A program made the position numbers and the translations under genes. Below are positions 32,179-40,172 of a DNA stretch of 64,000 nucleotides, in pieces. Position 1 is the stretch's first letter; each line of letters opens with the position of its first letter. The notes under the pieces are model-generated. The model was not told where the DNA came from, did no database searches, and was given only the letters and a program-made list of their open reading frames with translations. The stretch covers positions 687-64,686 of the forward strand of contig JAFQZS010000042.1 of NCBI GenBank assembly GCA_017405765.1, read 5' to 3'. The DNA is from Clostridia bacterium (GTDB taxonomy: Bacteria; Bacillota; Clostridia; Oscillospirales; RGIG577).

Positions 32179-34032
32179 ATGGCTTTCTTACCTATGACAA
32201 AAGAAGAACTTGTCGCCATGGGCAGATATTACTGCGATTTCATTATAGTAACGGGCGACGCATACGTAGACCATCCGTCGTTCGGTATCGCTATAATCTC
32301 TCGCCTTTTGGAGGCGGAGGGCTTCTGCGTCGGCATTATAGCCCGTCCAGACTATAAGTCTTCGGACAGCTTCAAGACGCTTGGCCGCCCAAGATACGGC
32401 TTTATGGTGACAAGCGGAGCGATAGACTCCATGGTATCAAATTATACCGCCGCAAAAAAAGTGCGAAGCGACGATCTGTATGCGCCGGGCGGAAAGGGCT
32501 TCGGCCGTCCCGACCGCGCCGTTATCGTATATACGAACAAGATACGCGAGGCATATCCCGACGTACCCGTGGCCATAGGCGGGCTTGAGGCGTCGCTCAG
32601 GCGTTTTGCGCATTACGACTACTGGGACGACAAGGTAAGACGTTCCATACTTATAGATTCGGGCGCGGACCTCTTAATGTACGGCATGGGAGAAAAGCAG
32701 ATAATAGAAATAGCGCGCCGCGCGAAAGCGGGAGAAAGCATCAAGGATATGGAAGGCATACGCGGCACGTGCGTCGTGCGTTCAGCCGCTCCGCCCGCGT
32801 CAAGCGAAGTAGTATACTGCGACTCGTTCGATAAGGTCGCATCTGACAAGCGCGCCTACGCAAAATCGTTCAAGCTTCAGTCTGACGAGCACGACCCGGT
32901 ACGCGGGTGCACCGTAGTGCAGAAGCACGACAAGCGCTTTCTCATACAATATCCTCCTCAGCCTCCGCTTACTACAAAAGAGATGGACGCGGTGTACGCC
33001 CTGCCCTACGAGCGCACATATCATCCCTCATACGAATCACAGGGCGGCGTTCCCGCCATAAAAGAGGTGGAGTTTTCCATAACGGTGAACCGCGGCTGTT
33101 TCGGCGCGTGCGCTTTTTGTTCGCTCGCATTCCATCAGGGACGCATGATACAGACACGCTCCGATGAATCCGTCATCGCGGAGGCAAAATCGTTTTTAAA
33201 AAATCCGCGCTTCAAGGGATATATTTCCGACGTCGGAGGCCCTACGGCAAATTTTCACGTGCCGTCGTGCGAAAAGCAGAAAGAATACGGCATGTGTAAG
33301 GACAGGCGCTGCCTTACGCCAAAGCCCTGCCCCAATCTCAACGTGAGCCATAAAAGCTATAACGAGCTTCTTTCAAAGCTCCGCAGTATAAACGGCGTGA
33401 AAAAGGTGTTCATACGCTCCGGCATAAGATTTGATTATCTCATGCTCGACGACGACAGGCGTTTCTTTGAAGATCTCGTAAAGTATCATATAAGCGGACA
33501 GCTCAAGGTAGCACCCGAGCATTGCAGCGATCACGTGCTCTCATGCATGGGCAAGCCGCGCTTTTCGGTCTATGAGTCTTTTGTAAAAGAATACGAGCGG
33601 CTAAATAAAAAGTTCGGCAAGGATCAGTATCTCGTGCCGTATCTTATGTCCTCGCATCCGGGAAGCGAGCTTTCAGACGCCGTGGAGCTTGCGCTTTATC
33701 TGAAGAAAAATCATATGTCGCCCGAGCAGGTGCAGGATTTTTACCCCACTCCCGGCACTATGGCGACGGCGGCGTATTATTCCGGCATAGATCCTATGAC
33801 GGGTAAGGAAGTTTTCGTGCCGAACACAAAAGAGGAAAAAGCGATGCAGCGCGCGCTTTTACAGTTCTCGCGCGAGGAAAACCGCGAGCGCGTTATCACA
33901 GCCTTAAAGCGCGCGGGCAGATACGACCTTATAGGACGCGGCCCCGGCGCGCTTGTATCCCCCGAGCCGACAAAACGCAGCTTCAAGGACAAAAAGAACT
34001 CGCACGGCAATAAAAGAGGCAAAAAACAATGA
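32179..34032 (+). CDS. ygiQ: YgiQ-family radical SAM protein (UPF0313)
   Basis: 617 aa. Starts MAFLPMTKEEL... and carries the radical-SAM cluster motif CFGACAFCS and a basic C-terminal tail. Confidence 0.88.
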   Translation: MAFLPMTKEELVAMGRYYCDFIIVTGDAYVDHPSFGIAIISRLLEAEGFCVGIIARPDYKSSDSFKTLGRPRYGFMVTSGAIDSMVSNYTAAKKVRSDDLYAPGGKGFGRPDRAVIVYTNKIREAYPDVPVAIGGLEASLRRFAHYDYWDDKVRRSILIDSGADLLMYGMGEKQIIEIARRAKAGESIKDMEGIRGTCVVRSAAPPASSEVVYCDSFDKVASDKRAYAKSFKLQSDEHDPVRGCTVVQKHDKRFLIQYPPQPPLTTKEMDAVYALPYERTYHPSYESQGGVPAIKEVEFSITVNRGCFGACAFCSLAFHQGRMIQTRSDESVIAEAKSFLKNPRFKGYISDVGGPTANFHVPSCEKQKEYGMCKDRRCLTPKPCPNLNVSHKSYNELLSKLRSINGVKKVFIRSGIRFDYLMLDDDRRFFEDLVKYHISGQLKVAPEHCSDHVLSCMGKPRFSVYESFVKEYERLNKKFGKDQYLVPYLMSSHPGSELSDAVELALYLKKNHMSPEQVQDFYPTPGTMATAAYYSGIDPMTGKEVFVPNTKEEKAMQRALLQFSREENRERVITALKRAGRYDLIGRGPGALVSPEPTKRSFKDKKNSHGNKRGKKQ

Positions 34033-34081
34033 ACGCACACGCTTGACAGTATCCTCGCGTCATAGTAAAATCGTATCATAC

Positions 34082-34164
34082 GCGGGTGTGGTGAAATTGG
34101 CAGACACGCAAGATTTAGGTTCTTGTGCCCACGCGTGCAGGTTCAAGTCCTGTCACCCGCACCA
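34082..34164 (+). tRNA. tRNA-Leu (anticodon UAG), with encoded CCA
   Basis: Acceptor GCGGGTG/CACCCGC, 3-bp D stem, anticodon stem caaga/tcttg with loop ttTAGgt, long variable region, T arm gcagg-ttcaagt-cctgt, discriminator A, CCA. Confidence 0.9.
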
Positions 34165-34167
34165 ATA
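34136..34167 (+). repeat. attL core (32-bp direct repeat, inside the tRNA-Leu 3' end)
   Basis: tgcaggttcaagtcctgtcacccgcaccaata is identical to 42681-42712. Confidence 0.9.
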
Positions 34168-34174
34168 CAGCAAA

Positions 34175-34205
34175 ACGCCCATGCTCTAAAGCATAGGCGT
34201 TTTTT
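34175..34205 (+). terminator. Element-supplied terminator for tRNA-Leu
   Basis: acgcccatgc/gcataggcgt stem (one mismatch) followed by ttttt. Confidence 0.75.
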
Positions 34206-34348
34206 ATAGGTTTTATGCAGGTTTTTGGGCTTTTGTCACCCCTTTGCCGTTTGGCTTGCTATGCCGTTTTTACCCGTTTTGTATACATAAAAATGCTAAC
34301 AAATTGCTAACGGCAACGTCAAACCTGCACACACAGCACAGCCACGCG

Positions 34349-34378
34349 CAAAAAGACCGCCGTGAAGCGGTCTTTTTG
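34349..34378. terminator. Bidirectional terminator (serves the minus-strand gene at 34417-34686)
   Basis: agaccgc/gcggtct stem flanked by aaaa and ttttt. Confidence 0.65.
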
Positions 34379-34416
34379 CTACAGAGCTATTACAGGCTAA
34401 GCCTCACCGTGCGCCC

Positions 34417-34686
34417 TTATGCCACGGAGAAGCGGCGCGTTTTGCTTTCCTTCGTGAAGGCAGCCGCCACGTCCGGCATCGCCTTTTTTAAGGCCGTCGT
34501 ATCGATGCGGCGGCTCGTAACATACGTCCAGCGGATTTTATACTCCCCTGCCGTTATTTCCTCCGCTTCGCCCATATGCGCCTTTATAGCGTCCTCGATC
34601 GCAGAGATCTCCGCCGCCAGCTCCTCGGCCATGATCTTCAGCTCTTTAAGCTCTCTTACCTTCAAAGTCAATTCATTAGTACTCAT
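34417..34686 (-). CDS. Hypothetical element protein (coiled-coil N-terminus)
   Basis: 89 aa. AAGGGGG SD 6 nt upstream of ATG 34686. I recall similar small proteins (…GEYKIRWTYVTSRRIDTTALKK…) from Firmicute mobile elements, with no assigned function. Confidence 0.7.
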   Translation of the reverse strand: MSTNELTLKVRELKELKIMAEELAAEISAIEDAIKAHMGEAEEITAGEYKIRWTYVTSRRIDTTALKKAMPDVAAAFTKESKTRRFSVA

Positions 34687-34732
34687 TGTGTACCCCCTTG
34701 ATTTTTTCGCCTTACGTTGATATAATCAAGGC

Positions 34733-34812
34733 GTGGGCGGCGGTAAGGCTCGCCGCTTACGCCTTTTGCTTTGGAATAGCGGGACGTGTGCATGGTGTCC
34801 GCTATTCTTTTT
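34733..34812 (+). ncRNA. Candidate small RNA (promoter + two hairpins + terminator)
   Basis: TTGATT (34698-34703), a 17-nt spacer, then TATAAT (34721-34726). Downstream hairpin 34739-34763 plus uuuu. Then an 11-bp-stem terminator gaatagcgggac/gtccgctattc (34773-34806) plus uuuuuu. It lies antisense to the spacer between two minus-strand genes. Confidence 0.4.
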
Positions 34813-34818
34813 TATGCC

Positions 34819-34926
34819 CTACTTGCCGATGTACTTCAAGCATTCGACGATCTTTTCTTTGGTGAAGCCCTGCGCTTCAAGCCACTCGATCAGCCGCGTT
34901 ATATCTCGGCTTGTCATGCCTTCCAT
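34819..34926 (-). CDS. Small hypothetical protein (35 aa)
   Basis: Below the ORF-track cutoff. Translation is MEGMTSRDITRLIEWLEAQGFTKEKIVECLKYIGK. A purine-rich SD-like sequence (GGAAGTGAGGGC) lies upstream of the ATG at 34926. It is downstream of the TTGATA-17-TATCAT promoter. Confidence 0.45.
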   Translation of the reverse strand: MEGMTSRDITRLIEWLEAQGFTKEKIVECLKYIGK

Positions 34927-34974
34927 GCCCTCACTTCCTTTCGTAAAAGGCTTTCGCCCTTGCCTTACGAGTAT

Positions 34975-35081
34975 ATGATACTATATTCACGTGAATATAT
35001 CAATAGACATAGTAAACAATATTCACGTAAATATATTGTGCATTATTTATATTGACGTGAATATATCGCTTATGCTATCAT
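34975..35081. promoter_or_regulatory. Divergent promoter/operator region with three 17-bp repeats
   Basis: Repeats ATT(C/G)ACGT(G/A)AATATAT(C/T) at 34985-35001, 35021-35037 and 35051-35067. Plus-strand promoter TTGACG (35052-35057), 18-nt spacer, TATCAT (35076-35081). Minus-strand promoter TTGATA (35003-34998), 17-nt spacer, TATCAT (34980-34975). Confidence 0.6.
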
Positions 35082-35143
35082 GGTATCGTAAAGAAGCGGG
35101 CTTTTTTATAAGCCGCTTCCGGATCCGGAAGGGAGTGAAAGCC

Positions 35144-35335
35144 GTGGCAATAAGCAAGGCACAACAAAAGGCTGTCAGAAAGTACAAGGAGAACAATTAC
35201 GACCGTGTAGAGCTATCAGTGACGAAAGGCAAAAAGGACGTTATCAAAGCCCACGCATCGGCGCAGGGCGAAAGCTTGAACGCCTTTATAAACCGCGCCA
35301 TAGACGAAACCATGAAGCGGGACGCGGGGGAATAA
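35144..35335 (+). CDS. Ribbon-helix-helix (Arc/CopG-like) DNA-binding protein
   Basis: GTG start at 35144 after GGGAGTGA. 63 aa. RVELSVTKGKKDVIKAHASAQGESLNAFINRAIDE fits the RHH beta-alpha-alpha pattern. Confidence 0.7.
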   Translation: MAISKAQQKAVRKYKENNYDRVELSVTKGKKDVIKAHASAQGESLNAFINRAIDETMKRDAGE

Positions 35336-35534
35336 TATACCCCCTGTATATCTTTCCTCTATGCAGCCGTTGTGATCTGCGCAGATATATGCACTCATCG
35401 GCGACAAATTTAATACTGTTCGTATAAAAACAGCGAAGCGGCAGACCCTCACGGCCTGCCGCCTTTTTATTTTGCGCCGGTGCTGCGCTTTTTTATATAT
35501 CCGCAAAATTCGGTATTATCAGCGTTCCAACGCC

Positions 35535-36179
35535 TTAAAAGTTTTCTACCGTTTCAGCAAAAAGCCCGTCCCAGTCTTTGATCATATAAGGATTGTCGGC
35601 GCACCGTCTAAACGCATCGATCATTGTATCAAACGTCTGCAACAGTTCGCCGCCGTCCGCTTCTTTGCTTTTAAGCTCCAGCGCGCGAAGCTGCATAGCC
35701 TCCCTGTCACCGTGCGGGAGCTTGTCCGCCGCTTCCTTCGCATATTTGCCTATAAGCCTTGCCATGGTATAATTTTTCGACGACAGCGCGCCGTCTAACA
35801 TGCGCCCATATTCACCGGTTTTTAATATGCCGCTTTTTAAAAGCTCCAGCATGTTCGCGTCAATGTCTGACGGATCCGCGCCATAAGCTTCATCAAGCGC
35901 GCTTATAAGTCCCTCTCGGAGCGTCCGAAGTTCTCTTGTGCCGTCTTCAAAAGCGTGTTGCGCCTTATATAAAGCGTTTCTTGCTTCTATAAGGTCAGCT
36001 TGCGCCCTTGCGCTCTTCGCCGCGTATTCCGCATCTGTAGAATTGGCGCGCACGGGATACGCTCTCACTCTCAATTCCGCATCCTTAACCGCGCTGTTAG
36101 CATTAAGATATCTTTCAAAAGCCGCCTTTGCTATAGCGTCAGCTTCGCGCGCATATTTATTAAATCTGCTCATTTTCAT
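35535..36179 (-). CDS. Hypothetical alpha-helical protein (element accessory module)
   Basis: 214 aa. Clean ORF with coding-like composition. No motif recognised. Confidence 0.7.
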   Translation of the reverse strand: MKMSRFNKYAREADAIAKAAFERYLNANSAVKDAELRVRAYPVRANSTDAEYAAKSARAQADLIEARNALYKAQHAFEDGTRELRTLREGLISALDEAYGADPSDIDANMLELLKSGILKTGEYGRMLDGALSSKNYTMARLIGKYAKEAADKLPHGDREAMQLRALELKSKEADGGELLQTFDTMIDAFRRCADNPYMIKDWDGLFAETVENF

Positions 36180-36193
36180 TTACTCCCTTTTCA

Positions 36194-36583
36194 TTAGTTT
36201 TTCGTTGCGGTAAGCGTACACCCCCCGTTATATAGGGCGCATAGAGAACCGCAAAAAGATCTGCCGAACGGGCATTTACGCCCTGCTGTGTCTCTTTGTG
36301 GCCTGCCGCTCGCCAAAGCGCACCCGTCCACATATAGCGCGCATGCTTCGCCGTCGCACCCCGTGTGCAAACCATCTTTGAACGGGCAAGCCTTAATCGG
36401 TTTCACCTGTTCAAACGCGGTTTTGCCGGTCTCATGGCGGTTAATAGCTTCAAGCTGGCTTTGCGTGACTGTGCCGTGCGACGTCAGTACCGTCATTTCG
36501 TATTCTTTGATCCGTCCTATCATGCGATAGCGTTTGCCGTTTTCGTCCGTCTGCCACTCTCCGGACTTCGTTTCATCGTTCAT
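36194..36583 (-). CDS. Hypothetical Cys-rich protein (element accessory module)
   Basis: Start refined to ATG 36583 (AAGGGGGGTGA SD). The C-terminal half has 9 Cys (CPFKDGLHTGCDGEACALYVDGC...CPFGRSFCGSLCALYNGGC). Confidence 0.65.
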   Translation of the reverse strand: MNDETKSGEWQTDENGKRYRMIGRIKEYEMTVLTSHGTVTQSQLEAINRHETGKTAFEQVKPIKACPFKDGLHTGCDGEACALYVDGCALASGRPQRDTAGRKCPFGRSFCGSLCALYNGGCTLTATKN

Positions 36584-36789
36584 TTTTTCACCCCCCTTGC
36601 TGTTTCCGAGCATTGTGTTCAAAATGCCGTTTCTCTAGACTTCGCTCGGGCTTCGTTCACGCTTCTCTCGCGCTTTGCTCGGGCTTCAACGCCTTTTTGC
36701 CGTGATCTTGAGCACCTTCATTGCCTCAGAAAAAAGAGCGTCAGACAAGCCCCTGTCAGCATTAAGCAGCGCCGCTTGCATCGCCCGCC

Positions 36790-37245
36790 TTAAAGTCGCC
36801 TTTCTGCGTCTGGCCTTGCCGGAAGCAATACCGCCCTTTCTGCCGTTTTCTCGGAGTTCGCTCGGGCTTCGCTTGCTGTTAGGTATAAGGTTCCCTGCGT
36901 TTGCCGTAGTTCCTCACCGTCCTTTCTTGCCCCCTCAACGCTTAAAGCCTTCAGCGCGTGCCTGTGCAGCCGGTGCGCGGTTTCGCGCCGTATACCCATT
37001 TCTGCCGCTATATCGCGCCATATAAGGCCGTGTACATAGCGAAGGTATAAAACCCGTCTTAGATCATCGTCACCGATTTCGTCAATTCTGCGCCCGATTT
37101 CAAGCCTCATTTCGGCAAGTTCTGATATACGCTGCACTATTTCCGCGTCACTGTCGACCGCTTCGCGCTGTCTTATAAGCGCGTCCAGCTCTTGCGCCTT
37201 GCGTCGGTATAGTTCTAACGTCTGCGCCGCGTCCTTATTCGTCAT
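36790..37245 (-). CDS. Sigma-70 region-4-like / ArpU-type phage transcriptional regulator
   Basis: Probable start at ATG 37245, overlapping the upstream stop by 11 nt. Coiled-coil N-terminus followed by RRVLYLRYVHGLIWRDIAAEMGIRRETAHRLHRHALKAL. Confidence 0.65.
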   Translation of the reverse strand: MTNKDAAQTLELYRRKAQELDALIRQREAVDSDAEIVQRISELAEMRLEIGRRIDEIGDDDLRRVLYLRYVHGLIWRDIAAEMGIRRETAHRLHRHALKALSVEGARKDGEELRQTQGTLYLTASEARANSEKTAERAVLLPARPDAERRL

Positions 37246-38050
37246 GATCCGCCCTGCTCTGAAGATCTTCGCTGAAGCGGTCATACGCTGCCTTTAACAT
37301 AGCTTGCCGCTTCCCGTATGATAAATACCTTTGCGCCGCTTCGCGCGCGATCTCACGCCTTACCGCCGCATATTCGGCGGATTGCGTCCACATATGCCGC
37401 GTCTGCCATTCCCGCCCGTCGTAATGCCGCCTGTATTCTTCCCACAGTCCCCGCAGCTCCGGAGCACGCCTAAGCTTCAGCAAAGCTGCCGTACACCGCC
37501 CTGCGATATATGACACGCTGCGGCCTTCCGCTTTTGCTATATCGGTAAACGTTACCCCGTGCCAAAAGTGGAGCTCCAATATGTGACGCTGCCTTTTCGT
37601 AAGTCTCAGCATTGCCGCCCTTACCTTCTCTTGCGCGTCCGAAAGCTCCACCGCGTCAAAGGCGTCGCCTGCCCGTTCATCGGGGAGCGCATCCCATAAA
37701 ATAAGACTTTCGTCATCGTTTATGGGCGCGTCCCCGCTCACTTCCGTATACGGCTTCTTGCGAAGCGGCAGGCCGGAGCGTCTGACGGCAGCCGTGCGCA
37801 AATGCAGGCTCAAATACGCCGTGAAGGCAAAGCCTTTGTATGGATCATACGCCTTTACCGCGTTCAAAAAGCCGAAATATGCACATTGTACGACGTCCTC
37901 AGCATCGATCCAATTCGGCAGGGCAAGCCGCCGCGCATATTCGCGCATGAGCTTTATGCACAGCCGTTCCACCGCTTCCCACAGCGGCGTTAAATACTCC
38001 GTATGCCCCCCCTGCACCATAAGCGCCATGTGTTCCTTGCTCGTTTCCAA
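37235..38050 (-). CDS. Sigma-70-family RNA polymerase sigma factor (regions 2 and 4)
   Basis: 271 aa. Region 2-like DAEDVVQCAYFGFLNAVKAYDPYKGFAFTAYL. Region 4 LTKRQRHILELHFWHGVTFTDIAKAEGRSVSYIAGRCTAALLKLR. Confidence 0.8.
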   Translation of the reverse strand: METSKEHMALMVQGGHTEYLTPLWEAVERLCIKLMREYARRLALPNWIDAEDVVQCAYFGFLNAVKAYDPYKGFAFTAYLSLHLRTAAVRRSGLPLRKKPYTEVSGDAPINDDESLILWDALPDERAGDAFDAVELSDAQEKVRAAMLRLTKRQRHILELHFWHGVTFTDIAKAEGRSVSYIAGRCTAALLKLRRAPELRGLWEEYRRHYDGREWQTRHMWTQSAEYAAVRREIAREAAQRYLSYGKRQAMLKAAYDRFSEDLQSRADHDE

Positions 38051-38099
38051 AATCCGCGCCCCCCTGTGATATAATATTGGCAGGGACGCGGCGGCAGCC

Positions 38100-39374
38100 T
38101 TAAAACATCTTTGTCTTTATTACGCCCGTTGCGGGGTACATATCCGCGTACACACCGCCGCATCTTCCGTGCCTGTTTTTCGCTATGTTCATTTTAAGGC
38201 ACTTAAAATCGCCCAGCTTGTCCCGCGTTCCTTCCGTTTCCGTCTGCGAAAGCAGTATAACGCCGTCTGCGTCTTGCTCTATCGTGCCACTGTCTCTAAG
38301 GTGGAATACTTCCGGTTCGCCCTTTGCCGCTTCGCGGTTGAGCTGGGCGAGGCATAAAACGGGAATATTAAACTTTATCGCCGTCTGCTTCAGTTCAGCC
38401 GAAAAATCGCTCATAACGTCGTATCTCGTGCGTTTATCGCCGCTCTGACGCGATATAAGGCCGATATAGTCGATAACCAACAGCCCCGCTTTTTCCTTCA
38501 TACGGCGAAGCTGGGCGCGTATCTGCGCCGTCGTAGGCCTTCCCGTTATAAGACGGAAGCGGCTGCCTTTAAGCCTATGTATGGCGTCTATGACCGCGCT
38601 TTGTTCGTCCTCGCTCATATCCCCGTTCAAGATCTTGAAGTACTGTACATGAGCTTCACGCGATACGCGCCGCGCCGCGATCTGATCCGCGCCCATCTCC
38701 ATATTGACGTACAGCACGGGAACGCCGCGCGCCGCCACATTCTGCGCTATCGTCAGCGCAACTGTCGTTTTTCCCACGGCCGGACGCGCCGCCAGCACAT
38801 AAAGGCCGCCTTTTACAAAGCCGTCGCCCAAAGCCTTGTCAAGCATCTTTAAGCCGGTCGGCACGGTCACCTTTTCATTGCTTGAAAGCCGCTGCGTAAG
38901 CGTGATAAGGTCGGAATTATAAGCCGCTTCCCGCGCGTACGTGTCCTTTTCCTTTGCCGCTTCAAGCTCGGACAATATAGCGTCGGCAACCTCGCCGCTG
39001 TCCTTGCCGGTCATGAGATCTTCGCTTATCTGTAAGCTCAACTCATACAGCCGTCTTTGCGCGTTCTTCTCTTTCAGCATGAGGCAGTAATCATAAAGCC
39101 CCGCCGTTGACGGCACCGCTTCCATGGCATTCATCCATACCCTTTTATCGATCGGCTTGCCCTTCTTCTCAAGCAAGGCCGTAACGGTAAACGGATCTAT
39201 CAAAGCCCCTTCGTCGAAAAGCTCGGAAGCGGCTTCGTATATGTCCCTGTATTCCGGCGTTGAAAAATCGTCGGCGTTTATCGTTTCCGCCGCCGTGATA
39301 ATCCCTTTTTCGCCGTCGATCAGTATCGCCCCTATGATCGCCTGCTCTATGTCTTGAGCATTAAGAACGTTCAT
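38100..39374 (-). CDS. DnaB-like replicative DNA helicase
   Basis: Start refined to ATG 39374 (AGGAGA SD). IEQAIIGAILIDG N-terminal domain, Walker A ARPAVGKT, LVIDYIGLI, and RecA-like C-terminus LRDSGTIEQDAD. Confidence 0.9.
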   Translation of the reverse strand: MNVLNAQDIEQAIIGAILIDGEKGIITAAETINADDFSTPEYRDIYEAASELFDEGALIDPFTVTALLEKKGKPIDKRVWMNAMEAVPSTAGLYDYCLMLKEKNAQRRLYELSLQISEDLMTGKDSGEVADAILSELEAAKEKDTYAREAAYNSDLITLTQRLSSNEKVTVPTGLKMLDKALGDGFVKGGLYVLAARPAVGKTTVALTIAQNVAARGVPVLYVNMEMGADQIAARRVSREAHVQYFKILNGDMSEDEQSAVIDAIHRLKGSRFRLITGRPTTAQIRAQLRRMKEKAGLLVIDYIGLISRQSGDKRTRYDVMSDFSAELKQTAIKFNIPVLCLAQLNREAAKGEPEVFHLRDSGTIEQDADGVILLSQTETEGTRDKLGDFKCLKMNIAKNRHGRCGGVYADMYPATGVIKTKMF

Positions 39375-39429
39375 TTGCTTCTCCTTTCGTTTCCCTTCTA
39401 TAGGCGGGGGCGTTTCACGCGCCCCCGCC

Positions 39430-39546
39430 GTCTTATGTCTTTGTCTTATGTCTTTACTGTGTGCCCATTTTGCACTACCTGTAGTGCCCATTTTGCACTA
39501 TCTGTAGTGCCCATTTTGCACTATCTGTAGTGCCCATTTTGCACTA
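39430..39546. repeat. Iteron array (putative replication origin)
   Basis: Four identical 17-bp cores GTGCCCATTTTGCACTA at 39461, 39484, 39507 and 39530 (period 23 bp), preceded by 2x13-bp gtcttatgtcttt (39430-39455) and a 10-bp GC hairpin (39403-39429). Confidence 0.85.
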
Positions 39547-39552
39547 CCCGCA

Positions 39553-39846
39553 TTATTGTTGAAGCGGCTTTTTGAGCTTGTACAGCGTCGTTTTATGGCC
39601 GCTTATTCGGTACGCCAAGAATCCGCCCGCTATAAGCTCGTTTCGCGCACGAAGTACCGTGTGCCGCTTCAGCCCCGTATAATCCGCAAGCAGGCTTAAA
39701 GAAGCGGGAAACCATTCTTGCCAATATGCCGAATTGTTTATATCAACAAGCATTACCCACAAAAGCCGCGCGCTCGGACTTAGCTTTGCCCTTCGCGCCG
39801 TCTGAATATTTGTCCTCATTTCGTCCGTATATGTTCTTTCGGCCAT
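39553..39846 (-). CDS. Winged-helix DNA-binding protein, putative replication initiator
   Basis: ATG 39846 with GGAGG SD 6 nt upstream gives 97 aa. wHTH-like LADYTGLKRHTVLRARNELIAGGFL. It sits directly upstream of the iterons. An alternative GTG start at 39981 would add a 45-aa Arg-rich extension. Confidence 0.6.
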   Translation of the reverse strand: MAERTYTDEMRTNIQTARRAKLSPSARLLWVMLVDINNSAYWQEWFPASLSLLADYTGLKRHTVLRARNELIAGGFLAYRISGHKTTLYKLKKPLQQ

Positions 39847-40172
39847 TCGCCGCCTCCGTCTGTGCCTTCGTCTGTCCTCGCCCCAAAAGTCAAAATCCTG
39901 CCGTGCATGTACCGAATAAACGGCCACAGTCTGACCGTCTGCGCCTATTCTCACACACCACGGGGGGCATACGCCCGTCACTCAAGCCACCCGCTTAACC
40001 TTGCTTCACTTATAAGCATCTTCAGCGTTTCCGGATCGCTCAGGTCCGGCAGAATGAACGTTACGACGCCGCTTTCGTTGTTGTGCCTCAGCTCCGGCAC
40101 GCTGCCCGTTGTCAGTATGACGCGCCTTTCCCCCCCTTGACACGCGCCGCTAATATCGCGTATAATAACAGT

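Noticed and set aside
34244-34720. 158-aa plus-strand ORF at the left end of the element, and the 34786-35055 ORF.
   Set aside because: They run through the arm-type repeats, a bidirectional terminator and the antisense of a well-formed minus-strand gene with an SD. The second runs through the operator repeats.
36365-37025. Plus-strand ORFs 36365-36793 and 36675-37025 in the element.
   Set aside because: They overlap minus-strand genes that have SD sites and sigma region-4 motifs, and they have no start context of their own.
39375-39491. N-terminal extensions in the ORF track: helicase from 39491, initiator from 39981, and also 20474, 43138, 26657, 27519, 59956, 61185, 63483, 36622 and 50479.
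   Set aside because: Internal starts have canonical GGAGG-type SD sites and give sensible N-termini (signal peptides, conserved family starts). The helicase extension would translate through the iteron array. The initiator GTG 39981 alternative is kept as a caveat.
39461-39546. Considered whether the 4 regularly spaced identical repeats could be a mini CRISPR array.
   Set aside because: The repeats are 17 bp with only 6-bp gaps, so there are no spacers. No cas genes are present. The array sits between a replication initiator-like gene and a helicase gene, so iterons are the better explanation.
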